A DNA stretch of 64,000 bases from the NCBI GenBank assembly GCA_030704615.1, contig CM060732.1:46748001-46812000 (forward strand). Direction: 5' to 3'. The notes below the pieces were generated by a model that did not search any database, had not been told where the DNA came from, and saw nothing but the letters and a program-made list of their open reading frames with translations. The DNA comes from Takakia lepidozioides. Taxonomy: Eukaryota > Plantae > Bryophyta. This document shows, in pieces, positions 1-13,423 of the stretch (within the stretch, counting starts at the first letter, position 1; every line of letters starts with the position of its first letter). A program made the translations under genes and the position numbers.

Positions 1-587
1 ATTTTGCCCGATGAGATCAGATACAAATCAGTACTTGAACGAAAAATGTAGCGAGCATCATCGAGATGCACATGCAGGAATTAGGAATTAGTTTCACACT
101 GAAAATCATAAAAGCGGCTAGCCAGTTGGAGTCAGTTTGTTGAGGGTTTGGCCAGTCCGCTAGAAGGTCCGCCGTTAAAGAATGAGGACTTGGAAAAATT
201 CAGAATCTAAACCCGGTGAAAGGGGTGGGTTCATGAGCTCACCCCATGGGCCGTCCTGGCGGGGCCCATAGGTGCATTCAAGTCTCAATTATTAAAAAAT
301 GAGAGGGCTTTCCAAGACCCCAGGCGCAGGCCTCCTGATTGGGAGATCTCAATGACAATACACACAAAACAAAACAAAACAAAACAAACTACCAAACTTA
401 ATGTATTGATAGTAGACTATTGTGGTGGAGACCTTCCATTGCTATTGAATGCATGCATTATATCATATAGATTAATTATGAAGGGTGCTTGAATTGGTTT
501 AACAAGAAGTTGCAGCATTTGCATTATAGACCTCTGAAGGAAGAACTAAGGCTTTATTTTTTGTTTGGTTGTCTCTAGTCCTACCTC

Positions 588-1622
588 ATAGTTTGCTTTC
601 CATAGTTTTTTTGTTTGTTTGTTTTTTCTTATGACCAGTTTGCTTTCATGACAAATGTCTACATTTCTACTATTTGAACTATTTCTTTTTCTTTCATTCT
701 TATCCACATGATTACATGTAGCTTGAAATAATGGAAGACAATAGTCTTTTAGTGTGAAGTGACATCATAAGTTATCTTTATAGCAGTTGGAAGAATGATT
801 CAAAAATACTCACAAACATCTAGACTGTTTTTTTGTTTTTTAATAAATCTTCTAAGGGGAGGAGGCCCTGTTATATTGTCAAGACCTTCTGAAATATTGA
901 TTTTCCATTGAGCACGAATTCATTCAGATGATTTACTTGGCAAATTCAATTTTGTGTAAGCAAAATAAACAAATAAATAAAAAGTTGATGAAGTTGTTTG
1001 AGGTGTGCTTTTTGAAGTGCTGTTTGCAGCTATTTATGGTGACTTTTAATCAATTTTACTGATGTGCAAATTTCTGGAAGTGTTTCAAAATGTCAAGAAA
1101 ATATATTAAAGAAAAATAAAATTGCAGTTAAAGAAAAGAAATGGCAGGTAACACCAAAGAAGGCCTGGTGTTAGGTGTAAGATCCCATGGGTGGGTCATA
1201 CTATAATAATTCATAACTCTGGGTGACTCACCCTCAAAAACAAAGACAAAGAAAGAGAAAAAACTCGGAAGTCTTTACATCGGACGTGACAAGTTCCATA
1301 GTTCACAATGTTTCTTCCCGTTGATTTGATCTGTTCTCGTTGGAGCCTGGAGGTATCTGTATTCGTCCCATAGTCGTGCAAATTCCAGAAGTCCGATTTG
1401 TATTTTATAACAATTTTGTCATCTGGTTGCTGTCCTTGTTGAGTGGATTTGATTTCCCCCGGCAACTGACCAAAGTTGTATTATCCACATGTAGCAAAAA
1501 AGCAAAGACTTCATTCACAGAGAGAAGACCAAGCATCTTCAAAGTTGATCTTTGTAATCCCTGCTTCACACCTGTTTGGGTGTCTGAGAGAGAGAAAGGG
1601 CAGCACCATATTGAGCAGGTGT
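588..1622 (+). repeat. ~1.0 kb dispersed repeat, copy 1 (inverted relative to 31265-32267)
   Basis: Reverse complement of 31265-32267 aligns along its length, e.g. GATCCCATGGG, GGGTGACTCACCC, CTGGTTGCTGTCCTTGTTGAGT, GGGCAGCACCAT. Moderately diverged; no credible protein. Confidence 0.85.
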
Positions 1623-1682
1623 GTCCTATACTACCCTAATATTTGACCATTTCCATATCAAAGATGATTACCACATATAAAC

Positions 1683-1967
1683 CGGTGTTGGGAGGTTCTT
1701 TGATTCCACAACAAACCCCCAAAGGTGATCGATATGCATATATAACCGCTGTTCTAAGAAAAAACAAAAAGCTCCTAACCGCCAAAGTTTTGAAACAACC
1801 AGCCTGAAAACCGTCAAAGACCTGTCAAAGACCCACCGGTTGTTTGATGAAAACCACCGTTTCTTTGAGGTTCTTACAATCAACCGGGAACCAGTTGTTC
1901 TTTGCATAAGAAATATCTGAAAAAACCGGAAACGGAGGTTATGAAATCAAATAACTGCCCAACACTG
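1683..1967. mobile_element. Non-autonomous hAT element (MITE)
   Basis: TIRs CGGTGTTGGGAGGTTCTTTGATT and (reverse complement of right end) CAGTGTTGGGCAGTTATTTGATT. 8-bp TSD ATATAAAC (1675-1682) / ATACAAAC (1968-1975). Internal AACC/ACCG subterminal motifs. Confidence 0.85.
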
Positions 1968-2618
1968 ATACAAACATGAGTTGGTATCAACTGCTCCAAT
2001 GCCATAATATGAGCCAAACAGATGTGGGAGCCAGTCTTTGTGTGAATCTGTGACCATCCATCCACACACCTGACTGGGTCGCAGTCTACTGTTTTCTCAA
2101 AATCCTTATTTACATGTTAGGTTGAATTTCTGCTATAAAGGCTTCCATATCTGGGCACTTATCTGGGTCTTTGGTCAGGCTGAAAATAGAAATCTCACTG
2201 GATAACTAGGTGAGCTTCAGGTGAATAAACTCTTGTCAAAATCAAATTGCAATACCTACACCTTGGCTATTGTACACAGAAAGAATGGCGTCTCAAAATA
2301 GGATAGAAGAACAAATGTGTGAGAGGCAAGAGCTGGTTCCACCATAGCCCTCAACACTCCCTTGAAATATTGTCACAGCACCTTCTCCCCCCCCCTTTTT
2401 CCTCCCCTTGCACGTAGCTTCAGTCCATGAAATAGTACAATGCAAACATGCAGAGTCTACAACATCAGTGACAGAATATCCTAGGACATCAGTGGGATGC
2501 AGGCCCTGCAGCTACGCTTGAGCAGCAAATGCCTGCGTCAAAAGCTGATGTGTACACTTGTACCTACTACCACTTTGCATTTTATGTCACACTGAAGTTT
2601 TGACCAATCCAAGTGACA

Positions 2619-5094
2619 CTAGAGTTCGATCACATGGCAGCTCAGAACCACATCCTCAGAATTCTCCAACCCATTGATTGATGAAGCCACCAGCAAACTG
2701 CCATTGCCACTCCCAGATTTCTCCGTGTTCAGCACTAAGGTTTTTAGGCCCCTGCCCACAATATAGAGATTCTTGCCAATCGCTGCTAACCTGCATGGGT
2801 TATTGCAGAAGTACAATCTTTATATGACACTTGGGAAACAAAGAGAGAACCCAGTCATTAAGAGCACATCACTTGCTGTGTGTTCAAGGCAGAGCACCAA
2901 GCATGACTGGGTCTACAAGGAATGAATCCATCAGGATTTCCAAGGCAAGACCACAGAAGTCCTCAGAAACAGAGGAGGATGTGGCTTGGATGTAAACTTC
3001 AGAGGACATGCAAAAAATGATGAAGGGCAGACAAAAGAACTGAGATAGGTCTACTATGTGTGCCTAGTCAACAATGGAAGGCAGCATAACAACTCGGGTG
3101 TCCTAGATAGTGTCTGTGCAAGAATTTCTGGGAAAAAAAGTTAGTTTTCTTTGTTTGTTCATCCAATTCCCCTACATGTGTTTACTGGGCTAACCCGTAA
3201 GCAAGATACGACCCAGTTCTGTAGTAGAGAAACATTACCTGCAAGGCAAACGAATGGAGAGGGGAGAAAATCGGCCCACCCTGTTCCACTCGCCTGTGCA
3301 CTTGTCCAGTACCATGAGTTTTATCCCAAATGTCTGGTCCAGCATGTAAATGTCGCTCCCAGTCACAGCTGTTGGCCCACACCATTTCTTCATCATCTCA
3401 TTGTCAACAGCAGCCCATGCGCTCTCAACTGGATCGAAAACAGCTGCATAGGAGCCCATGTACCCCATACATGCGCTGACATGTCTCACGTAGATTTTTC
3501 CATCAATGACTAAGGATTCCCCTATGTCTGGCACTACGTTAGGGTCCTCACGTGAGAACCACTGATTCGTTTGTGGGTTAAAAACCTCCCATGAAGTTAA
3601 TGCTGCCGAGGTTATGCCCATGCCTCCAACAGCATACAGACGGCCATTCAATGTGCCGCTTACAAAGTGGCAGCGTGCGGTTTCCATGGGTGCTGCTTCG
3701 CTCCACTCATTCTTGATTGGGTCAAATTTATAGACCGCAGAGGTTGGAACATGAAATTTGCCACCCCCTCCCATAACATAGAGCTCCCTTTCGACCACAG
3801 AGCATGTCACACCATACCTGCACCAAATCCCACAGTATAAAACACATCAATCGAGGGGAAGAAATAGGGAACCAACTACTAATAAGAGTTACCAAAACAG
3901 AATAACAAATCTGTCACAACAGCCCCATAAATAGCCATCATAATGCCAAATCATGGACTCCCTCATTTACATTCTCAATGCATAAAACATGCTGATTTTA
4001 CTTGTACCTACGCTGTCCCCAGGAATTGATCTGGTCAAATCTTTACGTACAACCAAAGGAACTTGTGTGAGCTCAATCCTATCCTACATCACAACTTTTA
4101 GTGAGGATGAATCTCAGTGTAGGGAAGTTTTGCTTCTTCATTTGTGTCCTATTTCTGGTTTTCTGTACCAATTTAGCTCAAGCATGCAGAAGAAGATTCC
4201 TTGATGATTGAATGCCATCATACTACTGCACCTTACTGATCATCAGAGACCCACATTCTGCTGGTCCCAGTCATTTGGCACATGAACTTTAACCAGTGGT
4301 CACCACAACCTTTTTGTGACAGTTCCAATACATGGTTGACGGAGTCTAAAGACATTCACTCAGTGCTTACTTACAAAAGTCAACTTTAGAGTTCTTGTTG
4401 AAAAATTGAAAATTGGCATCCTCTGAAGTACAATCCATTTGCTACAGCTCAAGTCAGGTTCCACATGGATGCAATCATATTCATCCCCTGTGTCTCTCGC
4501 TTTTGGGGGAGAGAGGTGGGGGAGGGGGGAAACAAACTTATTACCTCCACATCAGGTAAGAAGGCCTGCAGAACAACAAGTGAAAACCAACGTACTACTT
4601 CTGGTATACAGTACTGCAAGACAATGGCACGCAAATATTCTGCATAGAAGGCAGGTTACAGACCTGTATCTCTCCCCCAAATGGATTCAAGGAGATGGAT
4701 TGTGTGAATACCTCCGTAAACAGTCACCTGGCATACCAGGAAGCTCCTTCCACCTCCGTGTGACAGGGTCAAGAACATGCCAGTGCAAGCATTCAAAGTA
4801 ATCTCGGCTGAATGCGTAAATCCAACCCTCTGTCAAACCCAAACCCTTCCGTAGAGAGTAGTAGAACTCACTGGCTACCGTCTCTCTCCACATCTTGCAA
4901 ACTCCCCGCAAATTCAGATGATGCCTGCGGGGTACTCGTGCTAGGCATTGCAAAGCCAGGTCATTGGGCAAGCCAGGGATGAGAATTGAAGACCCAGTTT
5001 CCGCCCTGTTCCCTGGTACCTCATTCCCATGCTCGTGACCTCTATTACAATTTCCTTGAAGAAGTGCCGCCAAACATACATCCCCAAGAGCCAT
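2619..5094 (-). CDS. F-box/kelch-repeat protein, 3 coding exons (5094-4712, 3817-3239, 2790-2619), 377 aa
   Basis: F-box LIPGLPNDLALQCLARVPR; kelch repeats LYVMGG...YKFDPIKNEW and LYAVGG...FNPQTNQW. GT-AG introns keep frame; CDS totals 1134 nt. Confidence 0.93.
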
Positions 5095-8000
5095 TCACCT
5101 GTTAAAATCAAGCCACCCCTGGGCTTTTCAGGAAAGTCACATGAGCCATATATTCAATCATGAAGAGTACATTATTTTATCATGTGGATCACATAGAGAA
5201 ATGTCAATGTGGCTTACTGGTCAAAATACAAACAAACACTGGCCACAACAAGTAGACATGACAGGCTAGCCATGGTGATAGGTCCCCTGTACAAGTAGAG
5301 AATCTTTGATGGAAAATGTAGGTGATTTATACTCGTTTGGCTATTTCGTTACTCAAAGACTTCGTGGACCATAGTTCCTTGCGTGCTGTCAATGTACTTA
5401 AAGGGGGACTGATATGCAAACTTCATAATTACACCAACCACCATAGAAATCTAACACACGGCTTAGCAAAACACTACCTGCCGCAATCACAACCAACATC
5501 GACAACAACACCTCCCTAGCTCCATCTCCTGCAAATGTTTAAGACAGAGGGGCCCTTCCCCCATTCTCGAGCTAGCCTCCTCCCTCACTACTCTCTTACA
5601 TGATATACACTAAGCGAGAACAAGGTTTGGAAAGAGTCAGAAAGTCACTTGCCCTCTAATCTCTCAATCAAGCACCACTGGCCTCTGCATCATAATCCCT
5701 CATGGCTGACACGCAATCCGTTCCCTTGCTGAAATCGTTGAGCAGATTACAGTGGCGAGAATCCCGCACTAGTTCCCCGTACCGCTTCGGCCAATCACAA
5801 CAATAAAGAAAATTCTCGCAGGATATTGGTTCCCTCGTTCTTACTTTGCCCCTCTCTAAACATCCATGTCCCACAATTTCAGAGCTGTCTCAAGCCCTAA
5901 AATTCGAAGACCTAACCCACTCAAGCTCACATCTAGTACTGGACAAAACAAGATCTTGTTTACCTTTCAACCTATATTGCTCACCAACCCACAATTTCAA
6001 AGTGAGCATATGGATGGGAACCCATCGAAGGTCTCATCGCGTGGAAATAGATCGCCACAGCTTTCGACCAAGAAGGCAGGAACCCGGGCTCATTCTCCCC
6101 TGCCCCCACAAACCCTAATGCCCGCGCTGGTCAATGAAATGCATGAATGAACTCCGATATGAAGTTTAAGACACGGGGGATTGTGATGATCACAACAGCA
6201 GAAAGGCATGCGCCATTACTAATTGATTTGCATTCAAAACCCAATCCAAGACTGTCCACTGCTCCTTCGATGTTAAGGCTATCAGAAAATAGTTATCCGT
6301 GTCTCCAGCCCTGCAGGGAATTACAACACGAGTATACGACATGCAGATGGCTGGGAAACAAAGAACCCTATGAAATTCTTCAAATGCAACTACAAATGTC
6401 CAGGTTCCACCACCTCCTACGATCTGAAACCTTTTGCAACACGCCTGGATTTGTGAGAAGCCCAGCCTACAGTCCTCGCTATATCGGAAAATGGCAAAAT
6501 GTTATCCAGTTTCCGATCCACGGAGCAAAGAAAGACGATTCTCAAAACCCACCCAAATAAATCACCACGATCAAAGTCCTGTTCAAACACGCCCGTATCT
6601 GGCGCATTCGACCCCACCCATCATACGTGAAGCTGCCAGAATGACGATAAATTCCAAGCACAAGACCCAAAGAGGCAAACACAGGACTCTGAATAACACA
6701 CTACCTAGAATTATACATAACACAATCTACCAATCCCTCACAACGGTCGCACAGATGCACACGAAAGGCCCCACCAGCCAACACTCAGTGTCTCAGCGCT
6801 GGCGCTTGGTGGTCCTTGTGGTCCTTGGTCGTATGGAAATCCTGACCGCTTACCTCCTGTCACCCCACACCACCACCGGTATATCCGGTATATACCGTCC
6901 TCAGATATACTCAAGGGTAGAGGATAAAAATAAATATGATTTAGTATTTTTTATTTTGAACCATGGAGACATATTTAGCTTGTCCAATTTTTAGACCTTA
7001 TCAACAAATTATCACCACTACTAGTCGGTAGCATAGTTGGCATGATAGAGCACTCTGTGCCTGGTTCATTGGGGTTATGTTCTGTTTGGATACCTTGACG
7101 TGTATAGGATGGTTTTGATAGGTGATAGTGCCCACCCCCATGGGGCAGTAGCCACAAGGCGAAGTGGCTCTAATTACGTCGGCTTTCGCCAAAGTCTTCT
7201 CTTTATGTAGTATGGTTTACAGCCCCTGTGGTAATGGGCACAGCCACGTAATAGAACTCCTCGGGAAGTTGAATGCTAACAGCCCCCAAACCCATCCCAC
7301 GGCCCTAGCTAGGGCGAGCCACCCACCGCGGTGCAATACATCACTACAGGAATTACATGGACGAAGATCCCTATGTCCACCATGATATGACTCCAAATGG
7401 CTGACGCACATCCGTGCCAACCACATGCGCATGTACATGAGATTTAGTATGAGATATAAATGGATTCATTGTTTATTGCACAGACTGTTGGCACGTGCGA
7501 AATGTCGTATTCGGTGTCATGTCCATTCGCTCTGCAGCCTCCACGTCTGTCGTGCCCTTGTAGCGTGACAATGGCCACCACAACGCTTCGTGATTCCTTT
7601 CATCTCTTTCATCCGTGGAATCGCGTCGTTTGGCGTGTTGTTTTGAAGGAGAATGATCGTAGCTGACGTCTTTTGCAACCTGCTTGATGGAAAGAATGTC
7701 CAAACAAAAAATATGAGAACTGACATACAAATTCACATGTTTATGTTGTGATCACAAGAGCATTATCACAAAGGCAGCAAGATGAGCATTAATAACATGA
7801 TTACTTATGGTTTAAACCCTAAATTTATTAGGAATACGGATTTTGGTTTTCGAGTCGTTTCTCCAGTGCTTAAAACCATTTGTAATTGCTGTTTTTTAAA
7901 TTTTGTCTCTTTATGTAATTGAATTAAATAGCCACGATTATTGCTACGACTCCGAAATCATTGACCCAACTTCTATCCGCCATCTGAAATGCCTCCGTGG

Positions 8001-8600
8001 GCCTTCATTGTCCGTTGCGACTCTCCAGTAGTAACTCCGACTACGAAGTTGTTCCCTGAGTGGTTTTGGGCACCCAGTCGATTCGGAAAACACACGATTC
8101 CTTCTAGTGTTTGTTTCCTCATAAATTCCATGCATTTTTTGTATGTGACGCTTCTAGGCTTATAAGGTGTGCGTAATGACCACACTCCATTTCTGGCATA
8201 TTTTGCATAGCTAATTAGGTGATCAGCATGGTGAAGCGAAGCACAATGGTTGAGAATAGGCGGCAATACCATGATGAATATGGCCGAGGCCGACGAATGG
8301 GCCGACCTCAGGGCCGATCTCATTTGCGAGGCCCACTACAAAAGCACGCGTTCAAGAACCTAGCGATCACCCTTGGGGGGTGCATCAAGGTCAGTTGTAT
8401 TTATCACGTGCGTGAACAGAAGGGGGTTAATTTAAAACCCCCACATACATTTTTCGCCTCATGCACTAAGCCCTATCGTTCTCACTCCCCCTGCTAGGCA
8501 CACTAAGTCCTCGTCCTCCTCGCTCACCGTCTCCACCTCCTTCTGCGCAGCTCCTCCTCGTTGTGAACCCCTCTTGCTCGAATTAGCTGCAAATGGAGAG

Positions 8601-8669
8601 TTTGACAATATTGTTGAGCAGGATGTTGTTTCCTGGAACACGATGATCGCATGAAATGGCCAGCATGGG
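8601..8669 (+). pseudogene. Single PLS-class PPR motif fragment
   Basis: Translates FDNIVEQDVVSWNTMIA*NGQHG, matching the plant PPR consensus FD.M...DVVSWN.MI..Y.QHG, with an internal stop. Confidence 0.7.
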
Positions 8670-11397
8670 TGCGAGACAATGTGGTGAGGGCACCTTCTTC
8701 TTCAACCTATTTCAGTCTATTTTGCCCTCTCATCATTAGGGTTAGGGTGTTTGCTGGAAGAACTTCACACCGTCATCAGCTGCTAGCAGCAGGGCTGAGG
8801 ATGTATTCACTTACCTTGGGGGAGAGTGTCCTTTCAGCTAGACAATAAGGAGAGGATGTCTATGAAAGGGGACATTGTCCACATCAAATTTCAGAATGAC
8901 AGTGATGGTTATCAAGGTCTAAAAATACCTTTATTATCGAGTGGTTCCACAATCTTGAGTACACACATAGATGGAGATGTGTTTCAGCCATTGGCAAAGA
9001 GAATTCGGGAGGATCCTTCTACTACTATGGAGTTTCTTCCTTCTGATGATAGCATCAGCGAAGACATGCATGAAGAAGAGGGGCTGGTACAAAACTCGGA
9101 TAGGCTGAAAAGCAAGTTGGCCAAAGATGCAGATGTTGTGAAGTGGCAAAATGAGATTAAAGCCGTTCGAAGGAAACTGAGGGCACAAGGTCATTTTGAT
9201 GATGTTGAGTTCATGACAAAGGATGTGGAAGGGAAAGCGTTGTTTCAACTTTGGCGTGTTGTATATCAAGAGGTTTATGCCCGAACAGGAAAAAACAAAC
9301 CTTACAAGGCATGTCAGAATGATCTTAGATCTCATGCGAAGTCTGATGGGCACCAAATGGCGTACGAGAGGCGTTATGGGAAAGGGAATGATGATCATAT
9401 TGTGAGGACTCCAAATGAACAAGAAATCTTGGCTGCCAAAAATAAAATGGTCAAAGAGGTCATGAAGAAGATTGATAGCTTTTGCATAGATAATCCAAGT
9501 TCAGCTTTTGAGATTGTGGAGGCAACAATTGGGAATTACTCAAAATTGGGGTCTATGAGATTAAAGTGCATGACCCTAAGACAAGTTCACTTATATCTTA
9601 TTTGACAGAGCATATCAAAGGAAAAGCTAATTTGGATGCGGGGACATGCAAGCTGAAAGATGTTGATGTAGATCTAAAATGCGAGTTGGGAGGCCTCCAC
9701 AGCCTTATATTGCCGATGATAGAAAGCAAAGGGATTTGAGTTTTTTCTTGATCAGCCAACCTGTCATCAGATTTTCAGATTGTATCACTGGACCAGTAAC
9801 AACTGCAACAAACATTCTATCATCATCTACTATGAAGAAGGATGATGTTTCAACACATGACTTGCTACTGGACATCAATATTGAAGATGCAACTCCCATT
9901 TGACAACCACATGAAGGGTCCCAATGCAACAAAAGGAGGGCGATGCTATGGGATGCGTAGCGGGAGTACAATCGTCACAAGGTCAATTTCAAACCATTTC
10001 TAGAATACAACAAAAGATGAAAGGTATGTCGAGCCTCTAACCAATCCATCATTCTTAACCATCACTCGTACGTAATTGCTGGTACATTCCGGCATAAGGA
10101 TTGAGAATATCAGTGGATGGAAAAAAAATTCTAGCCATGACTAGGTTTTCTTTCTGTTCTTCGATTCCAACTGAAAAAAAATTCACAATGAAGATTTATT
10201 GAGAGAAAATCATTGCTACTCAAACAAAAGGGAATGGAGACACGCGAAAAAATAAAAAGGTTGGATTATCTTGGCAATTCAGAGATTGTCAATCAAATGA
10301 CCAAGGATAAGAAAGAGTTGTGAGACTTTTGAAGTTGTGGGAAACAAGAACGAGAGTACTGTGTCTTTCTGTGCGTTGTAGGGGTTTGAAGGAGGCTGCT
10401 ACAGAGGCTATTGGAAGGGGAGATGTTCACAAATTCTGTCGGAACATTATGCATGCGCATAGGTCGGGAAAATTTGAAGGAAGAGAGAGTTTATGGGATT
10501 TTCTTGTGGATATTGGCAAGAACATGGGCAGATTTGGAATAGAGAGGAGGTATAGCGATGTCACAAAGATCATATTTGAAATTATTCAGTGGGGTGGTAT
10601 CTCATTTTTTGGCAAAAAATGTGGTCCCACACTTGACACTACAAAACGGTGCTTGAGGAAAGCAATGACATATATGGTGGGTGAAAGGGCTGATGTATTT
10701 CAGCATGTTGCTGAAATAAGTCAATATAAAATGGAAAATATGGTCCTTCCATTGGAAACTGTCTCTGCCATGGTTGCTGAAGATGAGACCGTGATGAAAC
10801 GATTGGTGATGTTGCTAGAGATGATATCCTTTTGGGATTTTGTGGGGTTGAAGAAAATCATGCTTGTGTGTCAGACTTTGTAGTTGAAATAGGAGAGGGT
10901 GGAGCCTTTGGCAAGATTGTAGATGCCTTCAAGGACAACATGATAGCACATTATGCTAGAGTGTTGATAGCAAATCCCTTGTATGTAAGTTTACCTCAAT
11001 TGGTTGTAGTTGTGCAACTTACATGCAATAGGTTTGATAATGAATTCGTGAGGTGTCAATGGGAAAAGTGAGGGTGTTGTGGAATAAACATGTGAGAGGT
11101 GTAGTTGGACCAATAATTATTGGTCATGCTTCAAATGGTGACAATCGAAAGAGGAAACTAATGGGAAGTTAATGTTGGAAGACTATGGCAATGGGGCTCC
11201 AGAGATAGGTTCTTCATCCCTTGGTAAGGCTTGTTATTTTCAACAAAAGTGTTGGGGAATGGTGCAGATATCTATGGGCTACACGACCAAGACCTTATTC
11301 ACAATGAGAAGAAGTTGGTGAATCCATTGGACAATCATTCATACAACTAGTCTTGGGTGATGAGCTTGCAACCTTGAACCATGTACTTTTGGTTTAT

Positions 11398-12119
11398 CCT
11401 TGGGGGGGTCACTCCCCGTATTTTCAAAACCACGTGAGAACAAATATAAGGTGCAATTTATTTTTCTGAGGTAAATTTTAGAAAAACATTACTTAGAAAA
11501 TACGATAAGGCAATATCTTTTCACCATTTTTTTTTAATCACAAAACAACCAGAGTCTTACTTAAGAAATAAATGTAATAAATGATTTTATTTATAGTATA
11601 ATGTATCCATCCTTGTGAAGTTTCTTATATTTCATCCAGCTCCAATCCATCAGGATGAAATCAGGTAGAGGTCACCTGAAGTTCAAATATGATTCCAATG
11701 ATACACAGTGGATTGATGTTGATACCATAATCTCAACAGTGGCTATGGCATTTGAATCATCTCAAACCTTGTACTTTTTAGATGTTGCGGCTTTGAATGA
11801 GTTCGTGACTAATGAAAATTAAACTTTTTCTTTGGACTGGCATTTGAGTTATGTTATATGGAATGTACTTGTTTGTGTACATACTTTGAAATTTTACAAT
11901 TATTTAAGAGGACAATTTAAAATAAGATCTAATTAATTGTTACAAAAGAAAAGTATAAAGAAAAATAGGGTGTTAGAGAACAAAGGGTTTTACAATATTA
12001 TCTAAAGATAGGGTGGAAAAAATGCAAATTTTTAAAAATATAGCCTAGTATAAATATACCTTTGTACGCACGTGATATGAAAAAAAAAATACATATAGTG
12101 ACCCCCCCCCCCCCCTGGG
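11398..12119. mobile_element. Non-autonomous TIR element nested in the P-like transposase
   Basis: TIRs CCTTGGGGGGGTCACT...CACGTG and CACGTG...AGTGACCCCCCCC...TGG. Removing it restores the host frame NHVLLVY|QTFSSDKHGLK. TSD is degenerate (GGTTTAT/GGTTTTT). Confidence 0.75.
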
Positions 12120-12252
12120 TTTTTCAAACGTTTTCAAGTGATAAACATGGACTCAAAGAAAGTGATGTCAAGAGGACAAATATCTATATAACATGAAATA
12201 ACATGTAGATATATTTCAGTCCCTTTAGTCCTCTCCCTGTGATGGTTAGGAC

Positions 12253-12474
12253 CAGTGTTGTGCGGTTCTTGCCATATTGAAGGAACCGCCGGTTCCGGTT
12301 CCTTGATAGATTTAAAGAGGCGGTTTCGGTTCCGGATCCGGTTTTTTTTTATGAAGCGGTTCCGGTTCCGGTTCTGGTTCCAAAATTCATGAGCAGATGC
12401 CGGTTCCAGTTCCGGGTATTTTTTGGGAAGGATCCGCCGGTTCCAATTTCCGGTTCCGGTTCTGTATTTTTTGA

Positions 12475-12507
<33 letters not shown>

Positions 12508-13187
12508 TATATATTTATCATTTTTTTATAAATCTGAAAATGATTTGTGAATCCCCATTAGTTATATCAAATATTTTGACCATGTTGAAAAGAAACAACA
12601 CAACATTCATAAACAAATTTATGAAATAATAATAATACAAAGTAACCAAGTGTAAATCAATGTGTGTAGAGTAGTGTACTATAGAGTACACAAAAAAATC
12701 ATTCTATCTCAAACAACTCGGCCTCTACAATCAACTCTTCATTGTCATCTAAGAGGACTTCCTCACTGTTCAAAAATTCGCTCATGGAAGAGCTCATGCA
12801 ACCAACACGAGCATCATTCGCCCAATTCTTGACAATGCTCACAAGCATATAAAGGTTCTGAACACCTAACTTACAACGTCGCAAGTTTGTAATAACACCT
12901 GCAATGCTAAAAACCCTCTCACATTCAATCTGAGACCCAACAATGCCCAACAGGAGACGTGCCCAATACCCCACATATGGAAATACAGATTCGTGCTCTT
13001 TCCACCATTTCAGAGGAGCACTGCACTCAGTGTCAGCGACTTTTTGCCTTCGGAAATACGCAAGCTGATCTTTCACCACCATCAATGTCATATCCTCACA
13101 TGGCTCCTCCAAACCAAACAATGACATGTCATCCTGAGTAGAATCTGGCTCCGGCTGGGTCGTAGTATCTGGGTGAAGTGGAGGTCA
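12253..13187 (-). mobile_element. hAT transposon, 3' half: TIR, GGTTCC subterminal repeats and C-terminal dimerisation domain (12699-13127)
   Basis: TIR CAGTGTTG at 12253 preceded by GTTAGGAC (12245-12252). ORF contains PLKWWKEHESVFPYVGYWARLLLGIVGSQIECERVFSIAG, the hAT dimerisation motif. Confidence 0.9.
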
Positions 13188-13423
13188 TCATAAGATCTGA
13201 TTTGAAGTGGAGTTTGACTGATAATGCCTCTTCATGAGGTTGATTTGTCGTAAAAATTGACAATGACCATGTTTGGTCCTGTCCATGTCCCGACAAGACA
13301 TAGTATCTTCCCTCTCTTTCCCTTGACCAATGTACTTAGTGGTGTCTGTACACGTTATCAGTCTTACTCCCTTCACTTTCCAGATATGTTTATGATGCAC
13401 TGACTTCATTTTTATGGCAGAAG

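Larger units (their letters stand above)
8371..12252 (+). mobile_element. Decayed DNA transposon with P/THAP9-like DDE transposase, 5' and middle part
   Basis: Frameshifted ORFs 8826-9605, 10320-10883, 10832-11071 and beyond. Motifs include a degenerate zinc-finger-like SHAKSDGH region, MVAEDET, IGHASNGD.RKRK, HDQDLIHNEKKLVNPLD and KHGLKESDVKRT. Candidate terminus CCTTGGGGGG...TATCACGTGCGT at 8371. Superfamily assigned from motif order only. Confidence 0.6.

Noticed and set aside
5322-8350. Numerous short ORFs upstream of the F-box gene
   Set aside because: No recognisable domains; likely 5' UTR, intron, promoter and repeat-derived sequence.
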